This document shows positions 38,201-52,982 of a stretch of 64,000 nt of DNA, in pieces. This DNA is from Laetmonice hystrix (lineage: Eukaryota), in contig OZ249436.1 in NCBI GenBank assembly GCA_965235115.1, forward strand, positions 33,108,001-33,172,000. Reading direction: 5' to 3'. The translations under genes were made by a program, and so were the position numbers. The notes below the pieces were generated by a model. That model searched no databases, was not told the DNA's origin, and saw only the letters and a program-made list of their open reading frames with translations. Each line of letters starts with the position of its first letter. Position 1 is the stretch's first letter.

Positions 38201-41200
38201 TGCCACTTGTACTATTCCCAACATTATCAGCTACTGCTGAATCATTGAAGGCACTCTCAATATCCTTCACAACAAACTCACCCACCCCCAACCACGCATA
38301 CAAAGAACCCATTAGAATTTTAATCAGTTGACAAATTTAATAAATTTGAAATTGTAATAGAAGCCAAAGCTATGCACTCTTTATGAGCTGAGTCTTGATA
38401 TTCTATCCCACATTATCACTGCCATGTGTAATAACTTAATTCTACAACAGGCAGAAGCGGCGTTATGAATCCCCCGGTGGAGAAGCTGACAGAAGTTGTT
38501 AGATACACACACACTTAACAACCAGGTGTGTTTTCCCCACACCGAGACTCTAATCACACCTATGTGTGTGAAACTCTATCAGGCCGACCCCAAGCCCCAC
38601 CAGATAAAGGGCGTGAAAGCCATGACATCGACTTGCCACCAGGACACAGGCCCCCTATGGAGTAGAAAGACTCGAGTCGACTCGGAGATCCCTGGTCCAC
38701 CGACCCCGTATCTCTCGACTCACAGCTATCACTACATACTGCTATCTGACAGCCTGAATGTACTGCATTCCCACCGTAACCATCCGGCACCAATAAACCA
38801 TAAACAAACCACCGACATATCAGTGGCCATCACTGGGCCACCATTATGGTAGACAGTGATAAACAAACATACGTACATTAGAGCATTAGGCGGCTATCGC
38901 CCTTTGAGCTCGTTTCATCAGTGGGGGCGATCCACCTGACTCTCGGTCGTGCCTCCTCCACCTCCTTATCTCGGGACCAAGCTTGCCTGATCGGACTGGC
39001 ATAAACAATCAATCTGACATGGGTCACAAACCGGGCTCCATTTACCGGCTGGCGAGGCTGGTCGGCGGTATGGTTTGAAGCACCTTTACGAAGGCGACCC
39101 AACAATGACGGCCCGATAAAGATCGCTACCGCGGGCAAGGTATGGCTGCGGTCCACCGGCACCTACCTACGGTCGGGGCGGCGGTGGGCAATGAGACAGA
39201 GAGAGGGGAAAAAATCTTTGGGCGCACAAAGCCAGTCCATCTGCTTCTGCAGTTCTTGCAAGTAGCCTTTCACAATACGGCGTTTTTATCATTAATATGC
39301 CATAATGGAGAGAAACAACCTTGTCAAAACGTCCGTAAATTGGCAGTATCTTACGAGGTAAACGGTCTGTCTGAACACGTTCCATGTGGATGCCTTCGGA
39401 AAACTGGAGATAAAAATCTCGGCCTGTGCGCTCGGCCTAAGACAGCTCGGAACAGAGACCATTTGTTTGCAGGTAGTCAGGGAGGTTAAGGAGTCAGCAA
39501 GAGTCGAAATGATCTCACATCAGACAGAAAGCTAGAAATGGCATCCTTTCTCTTGCACTTTTCAGTAGTATAAAAGGCGGTCAGTTGTCTCGTGGGGGAC
39601 ACATCCATTTAGCATAAAGAGCCACCACAATAGAACCACGCTGTTTGGCTTTAGTTCTAGCTTTGTGCTGCTAGATCCAACCCGAAGTTTTGCTGAGGGC
39701 TCTCTGGAGTGACCTTCTAAAACTGGTCATGCGGCAACTGCTGAAAGATCCTCTGCATGCTATCAGAAAGGTCATCTTAGTTTGTTTCGCCGAGACATTA
39801 AGACTAATCCTGACAGCAATATCTGCCAATTTATTTCCGGCTGACACGTTTGCGTCCTGTCAAAGCTGTTTTAGCTTACATCTTCGCTGCAAGCGGTCAC
39901 TGCCAGGCGCGGTGGATACTCGATTGGTGGTCATCGATTCCCCAGGACCCCCTCCCCTCCCGACCACTGTCCAGCGCCCACTGCCTCACCCCATGCCTAC
40001 ACCAGCATCAAGATTAACAATTTTCCTTGCACCATTTACTTCTCCTAATTCAATCCATGTCTTGGCCTTGGCAGCGTATCACTGAATGGGAACAAAACCC
40101 GGAGATCCCTGCGATAGAGGCCCTGTATTGGGAACAGCCTCGTACCAGCAGGTGGGGCAGAGATAGACTGTGGATCTATGCAGATGGTAGATAACTCCAC
40201 TCATCCATTAGGGTGGATTAAATGCCTGTGTAATTTCTACCTCAGGGGGCGACCACACAAGACACGCGTTGTTGGTGTACAGAGGCTGCCCAAATGTAAA
40301 GAAAAGCCAGAGATCCCATTTCTCATCGCAAACACCATAACAAGAATGATACTTTTGCTGAACCAGCTATGGCACCTCGGTGTTTATTTGTATATAAGAT
40401 CTCTTGGAAGAATAAGTGTGTCTAATTGTTGTTAACGATGGTGGTTTATTGGTCCTCTGGGAGAAAAGATCCCCAGTGATGCACACAGGTGAAACACAAC
40501 AAATGTGGTAATGTGGCAAGTGGGTGTATCTAAGCCAGTCAATCATTGGCTTAACGCATCACAGGTATACGCATGCACCTTCCACACTTTAGACGAGGGC
40601 ATACTGCAGAAAGACAAAGGAGGTGCGGCATCAGCTTAAACTTGATGATATCCATTAACAAGTTGAGGCTTAGTGTTGAATGTCCAGTCGTGGAGTACAA
40701 CCTGTCATTGTGATGATTGTAATTATAGATGGCGTCTGCTCGGCTGCCTAACTGAAGGTCAACCAGACGTAATGAACAGCGGCTGGAAATTATTGTTCAC
40801 AACCCCTCAGTCAGCAGGCAGACACTACTATATTTATATTTCAAACATCTAACATACAGATTGAAGTCAATTAACATTGTATACGTCAACATCTTATAAC
40901 GGAGACATATACAACTATATAAAGGCCCTCCATGCACCAAGTTGTACGTTACCAAATTCAAAAAGCGAAGCAGGATATTAAAATTTAACATCAAACATCA
41001 CAGACTTTTAATAGCCATGACATTTGCACTTTTACCGATAACGTTTATAACTGGCGATCAAAATATCGGTACGGAAATAACGCCGGGGGCAGCAATGAAT
41101 TTATACGTTTCTCACATCCTGACCCCACCCTGTACCTGATCTAAAAAAGTTCTAATTTACATATCTTTCTACATGCGTCTTGCCTTGTTGAATTGCCCAT

Positions 41201-42487
41201 TAAGACGAATCTATGTCCGACACCACTGCCAACCGTTCTGGCTCCGCCTCTGTAAGGTCCTTGAGCAATTTCATTCTGGTCACTGCGCTCGGCTGAGTTC
41301 GGTTATCTCTGTGGCGAGCGATCGGGAGTGACGAGTGGCCAGATTTAGATAGCCAGTTACACTGATGTCAAACATGATGGATCTGTGGCGAGCTCTTGAC
41401 AACGGGCTAATATATCAAGGGTCACTTATCTCGCCTGCCATCTATAGCCAATCTCCTGCTGGCCTATTCTTACTCCCTAAGCAGGCCTTATGAATGTGCA
41501 TCATCAGCTACACCAGTGATCACACATCGTCCAATTAATTTACTCTTCTTTTTTTTCTTTCTTTGGATCAGCAACAATTTCCTGACCATTGGAATCATTT
41601 GTCCCGTTCAATATTTTTTGTTAGCAAACTAGGAGCAATTCATGGTCGGCATCGCCTTCAAGAGATTATATCTCGGCATAGGAAAGCGAAGGAACATTGA
41701 TGTATCATTTCAAGACGGATCCATCCCTAAGGAACATTCTATATCCATCCCTTGTCGATGGCCATCCACCATGTGCCAGCATGCCCCAACAAAGTTAACA
41801 TTCTCCCCAGGAATTAATATTCATCAAAGCTTTCTCTATTAGCCGTTCTATTTGCACATTTCCAAACGGTGTATTCAGGGAGGTCAATGAAAGCGCCATT
41901 AATCTTTGCCGGGATGAGACAACACGTCATTGTCAACTCACTCACCCTACACAGACATCCTGGAGCTGTCTCTAGACTTTCCTATAACACATCATACCAT
42001 CGAAACAGGAACATAATCCAAAGGTGTCAGCCATCGCTGAGAACTGCAATTACCTGCATTCTCTCAGATGGTGCTTGTTCATATTCCTTACACTGATCAA
42101 CACAAGACACAATTTGTTAATTCGTGACTTGAGAATCAGATTAAGTGTGGTCTACCGGTATACTGGAAACTTGAGTCGATTAGCAGCTGCAGCACTCAAC
42201 ACTCTCTTTGGTTCTGGCTTACACTATACGAGCAAGATAATACAAAGATCCTTGGAATTTCATGAATCATGAAGATTTTCCTTAAAAAATGTCAAAATTC
42301 ACACATCGTATGATTTGCAGCAAAATGTTTTTAAATTTTCCAAAGTAATTAAAAAACCCCTATCGCGGGATATGTTGAAAATTTGAATGGTTCCTGCAGT
42401 CGCGCTGCGACTTTGTTACTCCTGACTTCTCAAAAGACCGTTGGCTTTTCTCCCTGACTGGTCACTTGTTGCGAGGCTGTTGCTTAC

Positions 42488-42655
42488 CTGGGCAGTGGGT
42501 GGTGCAGGGGACACGATCGACGGGGTCCCCCGGGCAGGCTTGCCCTCCGTTCAGGGGCGTCGGGTTGGTACACGTCCGACTCCGGCGCTGGGCCCCCTTG
42601 CCACACTTACTGTTACAGTCAGTCCACTGACTCCACGTCGACCACGCACCGTTCA
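42488..42655 (-). CDS. unc5: UNC5 exon, TSP1 domain 1 (VNGAWSTWSQWTDCNSKCGKGAQRRSRTCTNPTPLNGGQACPGDPVDRVPCTTHCP)
   Basis: 168 nt; acceptor tacttgcag|TG, donor CCA G|gtaagc; WxxWxxW motif, RxRxC, six TSP1 cysteines. Confidence 0.96.
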
Positions 42656-45600
42656 CTGCAAGTACATCAAACATTCATCAGCAACAACTCAACAATCACT
42701 GCAGCCACTGACAGCCGTAAAGGCAGTCATTACATTCTCAGACATATTAACAAAGCTATCCTCATGTGGGAAGAGATGATGAATTATGAACGATTCTGCC
42801 ATGAATCTCACGGTTTTGTAACTACAGTCTGGACTGAATGATGTTCATTGTGTTACATGTTTCATAATGCCATCCATCGTCTTTACTGCGCTATCATGTA
42901 GCAGGACAATGTGACGCGAACTCGATTATCTGTAAATACACATATAGACATCGCCATCACTTGAGTGGGGTTGTCTGTATTCAAGGCTTCCACCGGAATT
43001 CCCCCAGAAAATGTCGAGAAATGAGCGTTTCCTGAACCACCCTCCATCCCGACATATACACTCCTCCAAGTCTGACTGAGTCAGTTGGCATGACAAGACC
43101 TCAGCCAAGTCCCATGTCTCCGTTGCGTGAGGCCGACTGGCGGGAGGCCCTGTGTCCGTGCCCGGTACTCAGGTCGGCTTACGGCAGTCTTGGCTCGCTC
43201 CCCTCCGCCTCCCCAACCCTCTGACTCTTTACATGTCATCTACGCTCTACATCCAGCTATTTGATCTTCACCATGATCGACGGGAGCAAGTCATGCTCGG
43301 CGTCAGCACGCTGGAGTACAGCATCCAGTCTCTTTCTCTCCTCTCTCTCCAGAAAGAACCGGTCTCTCAATTCAATCGTGTCTCACTCCCAAAGTCATGT
43401 CACAGACTGGCAGACGATCAGGTTTCACTTCCAACCGATTCTAAAATAAAAGGACTTCAAGTACAGGTACGCTAACATTGGCTTAACCTCCGGTATGAGT
43501 CTCCTAGGGTGCATTTAAAGAAGAATGGCAGCTCCAATTTCAATGCGCCATTTCAAAATTTCACTGGCGACCTTCTCAGAAATATCAAAAGCAGTGGTTT
43601 TTAACCTCACTCTGACCAGCGGCTAACTTTTCGGATACACCATCGCAACCGCTGGGAATACCATTATCACCTCATAATTCTACATCAGAGCCCGTTATGT
43701 TCTCAACGTCAATATTTCCATATCACCTATCTGACCCAAACATCCAGTTCCCTCCTATAGTTGCCCTGGCCATGGCTAGTTACCCCTGACCTCCTTTAGA
43801 ACATGTCCCCGTTTTGCTATCACTTTTTGTTCTGAATCCGTTTTCTGCCCACCATCTCGATTCAAGGGAAGCGATAAGGAGGGAGACCACCAACCGAGCC
43901 CCAGGCTTCCATCCCCATGTTACCATGAACCCATCTACATACCCCGACCAACCAATAATCTCCACTCCTAAACTCACCCCAACCGCAGCAAAATTCATGA
44001 GTTGTCAATCTAATCCTTTGACAAATACTTCCTCTGTCTTCATCTCATTAGGCGTGCTTGTTGGGCCATTTTACACATGGCTGGTAGACAGAGGCAGGCT
44101 TATTGAGCGAGCAGGCCGGGCATACTACTCACAAACAGCCTCCATAGACTGCTTGCCTTGGAGAGGCTGATTGGGCCATTTGGGGACAAGCCTAATCAAG
44201 CAGTTGCACTGAGGATGCACATTGTGTTGTAGTTTTCAGAAAAGATTATCTACATAACTGTGTACACTGATTAATTTCGAGAGCTTTCATAAGAAATGTG
44301 TACTCTGGTGCAGTGTTATCGGATATTATGCGCTTTTTATGCCGTCTAAACTTCGTGCAAACATTAATATCTCCCCCTGAACTCTATTGCGCTTGAAAAG
44401 GCTTAATAAAGAGGGACGTGGTCTTTTAATTTCAGGACACCGGACGTCTATTCTTTAAATGAATAAAACATCCTTCATTTAGTTTACTCAATGGCAATAT
44501 GAAAAACATCTGAGTACTCTGTCAGTTCACTTTCAGAAAATATCAAATATTATGATTCTTTGTCATCTGGTTTTTCAATAGACAAGCTGCATTACAGGGT
44601 TACAAGCAAAGATCACAACAGTGTTATCAGAAAGCAACTTTTTGATTGCGTTACAAAGACACAACAGCCGTCAATTATCTTCTATCAATTTCACCTTTTT
44701 GTCCGTTTCCGAGATTATTTCTGAGAATATCGCCGAGTATGTTTGCCCACATTCCATTTAAAACAAAACATTTCGAACCTTTTTCACCTTTGTCGTTACG
44801 TGACTCAGCTAAACCTGGGTCTGTGATTCTCCAGGAGGGGACGCTAGAGAGAGTGTTGCCGGAGAATGCCTGCCGAGGGCGCTGACCCTCACCCCCCACG
44901 ATGGCCACTTACGGTCAGAACTAATGGCTGCACCATCTGTTGACTATATGTTTCAACTAGAACCCAGACGATGCCTACTCCTGGGGGAGTCACTAATTTA
45001 ACGTTTAATAAGTCAATCAATGACCACGATTGAGGCCCTATTTAAGCTAACCGTTTAATGTCTCCTCCCACGGGACTGCCATAACTGGTGTTTGTCCTTG
45101 ATCTAGTTTGCAACATGAAGCCTGGTTATTGGGCATGCACCCCCTCCCCTTTCTACCACTCAATGTCCCAATGCTCTGATCTCTCAAGTTGACAATACCA
45201 AGTATTGGCAAACAACCATGATCTCAAAACACAGACCAATAAAACGAACAAGCAGCGAAAAAAAAGTGGAAGATGGATCCATGCAATAGGCGAGGGCGAT
45301 GTCAAACATGAGAGACAGGAGTGGCTGTGACAATTCATAACATCAATCTAACTGTCTTACGCTATTTGCATTTCCCGTGGCTTACGGGCCGCTCGGTCCC
45401 GTCTGAGCCGAGGATTAGAATAATAAATTCAATTTTCCACAAAATTACATTTGCTTTCGGAGTCATTTTGGTCAGATCATCCAGGCATCCCATGGGAAAT
45501 TGTAACTGTCGATGCTACCAACAGATAAAAGCATGACGTCCCGAACGGCCGCGTGTTTGTTACCCCACAGCGAACGCTCTGACTCTATTTTTCTTCTCCT

Positions 45601-48600
45601 GATCTGCCTGGCCACTGAGACCCCTGCCAATCACATTGCCTATTTCTATTTGTCCCGAGCCTGTTGGCATTTTCCTCGGGATTAGCATGGTGTAATTTCA
45701 TTGGAGCTAATTCTGTTAGTATCCAGTCAGATGGCAGACCCAGCCATTGTTTTGTGATTGGCTTGTGTTATTGCCAGTATCGCACAGACACCAAATAGAG
45801 TTCTTATATGTAGACGTCATATCTGTAGCCGCTATCAACTATTAAGCCAGAATGACTCAGAAATAATAAATACTAATACTGCTAATAATAATGATAAATA
45901 TAATCAGGAGGACTTTCATCTTATTAGTTTTACGCGTATCTTAATTGACCGGGGTTAATTTGAAGAGATATTTGTAACGTAGTTGAGCAACAGACGGTCA
46001 TTGTTTTATCTCGACATCTCACCCAGTTTTCTCCCATCTGGTGAAAACAGTTTTCTCCCACCTGGTGAAAACATCAGTGTTAGCCTCAACTCTAATAACC
46101 CTTGTTAAAAATCACCCGAACGGAATCAAACCATCGCCACAAAACCCAATTTCAGTTATTTCTCTCTGTATTCATGTGCTTTGTAAACCCATTCCCAAAC
46201 CCTGACACACTTTTCATACCCCACGCGTGTCGCACACCCACTGGGTGGACTCTGCTCATCGTAAACAAGCCCAATTTTCCCCTTGCCGTGCACTCCCTAG
46301 GAAACCTCCGAAGCAGGTCTGCTTCCATTGTTGCTACTGTCTCATTACGACAATTAAACAGCACTCATTGTGGCATAATTACCCGCCCCGGCGTCGTACT
46401 GCTCCGGGACAACTGGTGCAAGAACCAATGATCACCCTCACCATACACACTATTGACTCCCGCCGCTGTGGCCTTGTGGTCCCGTTTATATCGGTCGATC
46501 ATGTCAAGAGGTCATGTTTTTCACTGCGCCCGGCCCTGACCGCATCACCTTGCGTATCTCCACCACATACAGCAAGGAATATCGACCAGATTACAGGCCT
46601 GTGGAAACCACACTGCATTCGGTACAAAACGACGACTCCCTTTGATCCCAGTTTTTTGCCCGAACGCGCACAGCCCACTTCATTGTGCACCTTCAAATGA
46701 AGCTCCAGCACTGATCAGGATGTGGCAGAAAAATATCTCTCTGAGGCACCGGGATTTTTTTATCGTGAGAGCTGAAGACAGATGAGACGGTGGCGTCCCT
46801 GTTCATCAGCTGACGTGATCAGCCTGCTGCAGGGCTTCCACAACCACGTACTGCCTGACGCTTGGTGTAAACCATAATCAAATCATTCCAATTACGTCAA
46901 CTTTAAAGGTAATGATAAGCTGGTCTCTAATTCAGGCCACTCGGAGTGGGACTGCAAGTTCAGGCCTCACGTGGCTATTGTCTGGTGGAGCCCCACCCCT
47001 ATGGTCACCAGGAGCCCCTATTGTCCCTATCTACCCCTTAGATCACGCAGGGAGTTATTAGGCATCTCTATCTGCGGGCCCCTGAAAATATGACATCACT
47101 TTCTCTACAATAAACATAGCTTCAATAATATTAGAAAATGGTGTACAATTAGCAAACATACAACTTGTATGAATCTCCCAGCTTTGGAATTTTCTCCCTC
47201 TTTATAGTCCCAATTCATGGCAGCTCCATCCAGTAGCAGCTGAAGCTTTTCCACAGAATTCTCAAAACATACCGGTACCGGTAGAGGTGTGAATACCCTG
47301 CAGAAAAGGTGTACTTTGGGTCCGTCGCGTGTGAAAATACCTGACGCCTGCTTCAGCAGAATGAGTCATTCGTTCACTAATCATTCTCATTTACCACCCT
47401 GCTGACCTCCTCTCTCCGTTTCTATTTCTGTCGGCAAGTTTTCCTCTCAAAACCGGCAAGAAATAAGTTGGTTCAATTCTGCCAGGTGCAAATCAATATG
47501 AACACGCACCATTTGCTGGTATGTCAGTTTGAATTAGCTTTGCAACTGAGACTTCCTCAATGATTTCCAGCAATTTTACAAACTTTACTGTTAAAAAAGA
47601 TGCTATAGAGAACATTTGTCGGAAAAGTGGTCCTTTGCTCGAGCGATCACCTACGGAAGACAATAGCTTTGCTACATTGGTCTCGCCGGTCAAATTAGCG
47701 ATGATGACAACCTTGAAAAAAAAAAACTTCGCCCTCTTTGTATACGTTATTTTGTGCCACCAAGTACATATAACTACTGCAATTTGCTTCCACATTTATA
47801 GATTTTGTGCCGTGCTGTTTTCTGCCCCCTTCCGTCCATTATACAGGTAGGCAGAAGTATTGATGACAGACACCAACGGTATAGACTGTGTCAATTATAC
47901 ACTGTTTGACTGAAACTGAGACGGGCCTATATCAGGAATAAACAGCAACGGCATGTAAATGTAACACATCAGAGGTCGGTATCTAATAAAGCGCTACAAC
48001 GCTAATGTCGGTGACTGATCAATAGTAAACACACAAACACAAATACTTGGGCAATGTATACAATTTTAAGGGACCGTTTTACTACATACAAAGTAATCTA
48101 AAAAATATTGTTGAAACTATATATACATGTAGTGTATAGAAATTTCCTTCGTTTAGCGAACCTCGTTCTCACAACCTGAATTAATACTCCGATAAGAATG
48201 CACTACCAGCACCGCAATAGTTTACGGTTAACGCATAAGGATAGGGAGAGAAGCAGGATCTCCCATATCAACTCCGAGATCATGAACCCTAGTGGACCAA
48301 AAAAAAAAGAACCTGGACCACTGGGTAGATAAGTCTTTTGTGTGTGAAACACATCCACATGTCATCAGATAATCGTGGATCAGAGTCAGTGGATTTGGGC
48401 GGTCACGTGACTTCATGGCAATCTACCTAATGAAAACTGCAAATTGCCACTGTCGACGAAACCCAATACGACTCGCATGAAGCCCAGAATCAAACGATGG
48501 CACCAACCAAGAGCCAGCTTTTGTTTTTTTGCATGTCATCAAGACTCCAACAATATCTTTAAACATTGAAGTCGCTGTGTTGAATAGGCAAGCAATCACG

Positions 48601-49673
48601 TTCGTGCCTGTTGGCCCCAGTTTTCCGACTCTGTTTGGCCGCCATGCAATGTAGCATGCTTGAAGCTATTGGAAGCACAAATATCCTCAGTTTTGTACAC
48701 GTGATCAGCCTTAATAGTACAACAATGGCCAGGGCACATTATCCTCACACTGAGGCCAAATCAATGCCCACAAACATCAAACTGCCCGGTCCGCTCCACC
48801 CACCGTGTTAGGGCCATGCAAGGAGCTCGTTTCCCAGACCAGTAAAAAGAGTGCTGGCTCATTTTGTGGCCTTACCAATGTCTGGATGCAGCCATACCAC
48901 ACCGGGAATCCATACATATACAATGACAATGTGCGCTTTAAGAGAAATCTGCGGCACCGATCGATGCTGGAGGGCCTCGCTTGTCCACCGTTAACATTAC
49001 AACACTGCCTATTGTTACTACGTGAAAGGGGAAGACTGATGCAGTCGTTACATAACAGGCCCCAAATTACGCTTATATAAACAGTCTGATTGAGGACCTA
49101 TTAGCGCAGGTTAGAATTATGAGAACCAAGTCTTCTACATATTTGATGATCTCATATAATGATAAATACTCCTACTAATACTATGTACTTACACCCCCCT
49201 GGTTACATACAGGTTGCCTCTATTTCTGATTCTTCATCTGTTCTAAGCTGTTGTTGCAGGTACTTTTTAAAGACAGGAAAGTCACCAATGCTAAGTGGAT
49301 CTTTTCACAACTAGATCGCTTTTGACACCTCCCGAAATATGACTCATTTATCACTTTAGACATGAGGCCTGAACTCCTGCCGCTACAGGTCTAGAATTGT
49401 GACAGACTGCAGCACAGTTCAGCCCACACATACCACATCTGAAGCGGAACAATGACCATCACATCTGGCTGATCCTATAATTGCTTCACAATAGCTACAC
49501 CATTCTCCAGACGATTGGTTGCAGCATTCTGAACCACCAAAGCAGAAGCCATTTGGCTGTGAATTAGTCCAATCAGAGGGGCCGTCTCACAGGAGCTGGC
49601 CCGGCTGGCCGCTGGGCATCAGTGTCATTATACGGAGTCAGGCGGTGGGTGGCCACAGTCGACACCTCCACCC

Positions 49674-49692
49674 TAGCGCCGCCTGGCGGCCG
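49674..49692 (-). promoter_or_regulatory. CTCF-like motif (CGGCCGCCAGGCGGCGCTA)
   Basis: One core mismatch to the CTCF consensus; keeps the GGC upstream flank and the CGCTA tail; lies in a GC-rich patch. Confidence 0.35.
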
Positions 49693-52600
49693 TCGGCGGG
49701 GCGTCTATTGTCTTTCTGACCGTCCCGCTGAGCCTGCCCGACCTCGGGGCCATTGTTCCAGCGGTCCTTTGGTCTCCAAGAAAACTCCATCGTCCACACC
49801 CTGGCAGTTTTTTCTTTCAGGTCGGCTGGTCATCTCCTCAGGTGATCTCATGACCTTTTAATTACGCTACATGTTCCTTTACAGCTTTTGGGTTGATGCA
49901 GCTTGTTAGTCAGCTCTTAGTGAAAGGGCACTCAACGACCGGGCAATGAAGTCAATGAAATCACTGGGACATTTAGAGAATGTGAAACGTTGCAGAATGG
50001 ATACACTGACAATTGCAATAGAGCTATACGGCTGCAACTTGTGGGTGGCACTTTTAACTTGATGCTTTCAGTTATTCCGGTATTTCAATCATGAAAGAGG
50101 TCTCCTTGCAGACAACAGAGCAAAAATGATCTGACGGACAATGATAATGATGACATTAAATCATATCAGTATCAATGCCGTTGGAGTATTACTCCAAATC
50201 CAGTTGTCCCACAAGAAGAAATTGATGTAATTACCGTTCTGATCCAAATTCGAAAACCTAAGTCGATGACGATCATGAGCTGTCCTACATTCTGACTCAC
50301 AGCAATGAGAGGCCGCGGCTGTCCTCTGGTCCACCCTGCATGGGTTCCCATCTCAACCCTTACTTAACAACCCTACACACGAATCAAAACATTTGCATAC
50401 TTTGATTTCTTCCTGGTTCATGAAATAATGTGTAATTGTGAGAATGTTTCTGGGCACCGATGAAAAAGACAGGGGTCATGTCATCAGAGGGGTGAGTCAG
50501 CGTTATTCCGAGTCTGAGACCTCACATTCTGAAATAAGCCAGCCTCCCCCAACCTCACTCTCCTTCCCCACATTCATGAATGCTGTGATTAATTACACCC
50601 CGTCATCCAGATTTGTCATAATTAATGTGCCCCTGTTATAATTACAGAGCTGGACTATCATTTTCGTTGAGCAACACCCATGAAGTCCAACTAGTTGCTG
50701 GTCTCTTTCAGTGTCTTTCAGTGTCAGTGACTTTGAAAAATCCTTATATTTCTTGACTTCCTTCAGACACGCGGTCGTTCCACACACCAAACACCTCCCC
50801 CATCCCCCGACCACCCTCCTCCTCATCGTCTGTCTTGCCATTTCCCTACACCACACCATCCTCCCCCACCTCCCCACCAGGACCTAACTTGATGCTGCCA
50901 CTTCCCCGCCAGGGCCTAACTTGATGCTAGCACCTTCTGCGCCCAGGCCACAAACTCCGGAATAAATTCTCACCCAGGACCACCCGAGGGTGAAGTCGGC
51001 ATGGCGGGGCTGTGTCCGCTGCATGCATGTTGGCTCTTAACGCCACCTCCGGAACAGCGGGGCTGTCACCCTGGAGGGGAATCACCTGAGACGGTGCTGG
51101 CAAGGAGCAGCAGACTTGAGCAGGAGGATAGGAAGGTCATTTGGTATCAATAACTGGAAGGCATCAAGTGGCAACGTTCTGCTCATATGGACAAGACTCA
51201 CATTAACAAACAGACGTAAGGCCTCCATAAAAGTCCGAGATGACCGTACATGGGATGCATGGCAATGATCCCTTGGCACGGCTCGCATTTTGAGAAGTCA
51301 GTTTACCGGCAGAATGCCCAGGGTGAGTGCACTCTGCCCTGACTCCAGCTCGTTTTCTCTGTCCTGGTGTAAGTCTCAGTTCCGACAGTGAAATACGTTT
51401 TGGTTGGTAAAAAATAAACGTTTTGATTAATGCTCTCAGATTTTTTCCTACCAAGATGATATGTGTCTCAAGAGAGCACTTTTCTTTGGCAGTGTCCAAG
51501 ATTACTTTTTCCAAGAGTTTTGTGGCTCTTGAATTGTCACAGCGATGGGATAAGGTTTGGGGGAAACCCTCTGATCCAGACCGATAAAACACGTCTGCGC
51601 CAACCACAAATGAGTCAGAAAAAGTACAATTCAGTCCCGCTCCATTACAAATCCTCTGCATCATCTGCATTTATTCAAATGACCTTCATTAGCAAACTTA
51701 TTAGCAATGCTTTTAGATATCCACCTCTAACCCCTTTCATTTACATCAAGTTATGAAGTTTCTCTGATCAACGTTTTCTTCATGTAAACAAGCTTTAAAT
51801 GAACTCGTCTCTAAATGACAAAAGTTTCCGAGACTTTTCCTGCCATGACATTTCTGTTAATAATACAATTTAGAGTTGACCTTGAAACAAAGCAAGGTCA
51901 GGTAAGGCAAGCGGCCTCAAAACAGAAGTCTGGCGGTGTTTCTTTGTTCATTAATCTCCGCAATACCTGGATCAAAGGATTATAGTGTTGACTTAAGGGA
52001 TTAGGGAGGGGGGATTTCATAGCGAAGGGACACTGAGAGGGGTGGGAGCTCACAAACCTGTTGAAAGTAAATATAGTATAATGTTGACTTTTCTGGGTCG
52101 TCCACAATGGTGAGCGGGCGTAGTGACAATGGGGCACACGTGGCCGTGGGAGGCGGGAGGTGGTCACAGTAAAAGTAGACGGCGAGGTCTGACAAACTGC
52201 CCGACGTCTGACAAACTGCCCGTGAATCATCAAATACAGGTGACAAACCCACCTGTACAGAGCCCACTCTCAGCCTCTATGTGCACTCCTATATCCATAA
52301 CAAAGGCCTACCTTTCACAAGACACAGTCGTTTCTGCTCGGAGTGGAAATCATTGCTAACGACACCGATTTCATACCTATCACATACCTTAATTCCCTTC
52401 ACGCACCAGGCTTGTATTCATCTTCAGATCATTTAAATACTGCCTTTAGCGATATTCAAATCACCCAACTATGTCTACTGGCAAGTTGTAAACACAGGTG
52501 GACCTTCCTGCTTCAATGTCTCCGCAAACCCTCACACCGAATCATCAACTTTTATGGAAATACAAGTTACGAATTTCTTTCTAAGAGGTTCAGAAAACGT

Positions 52601-52801
52601 ACCGGTAATTTGACATAATAAATGTAACAGGTCATTCAAGCGCATCGATTTATAATTTACAGTCTGACTAGGATTTCATGAAATCATCCGAAACCAATGA
52701 TTCTACTAGCGAACTTCTTGTTGATTTTGTGCTAAATCCCCCAGGTGCCCCCCCCCCCCCCGGACCAGGAGTAAAGCGTCCCCTTGGACTGTATCCCTTA
52801 C

Positions 52802-52982
52802 CGTAGACGGTGAGCGTGGCGGACTCGGACAGCCGGCGGCTGGCGACGTTCTGAGCCCCGCACGTGTAGTTGCCCATGTCACGGAGCCGAGGCTGGTTGA
52901 TGATCAAGTTTCCCTCGTTGGAGAGGATGAAGTTGATCTCCTGTTGTACGTTGATTGGATCACCATCCTTCAGCCAGAACAC
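52802..52982 (-). CDS. unc5: UNC5 exon, second half of Ig2 (VFWLKDG...DMGNYTCGAQNVASRRLSESATLTVY)
   Basis: 181 nt; acceptor tgtctcag|GTG, donor TAC G|gtaagg; Ig WLK and DxGNYTC motifs; phase 0 matches the upstream exon. Confidence 0.96.
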
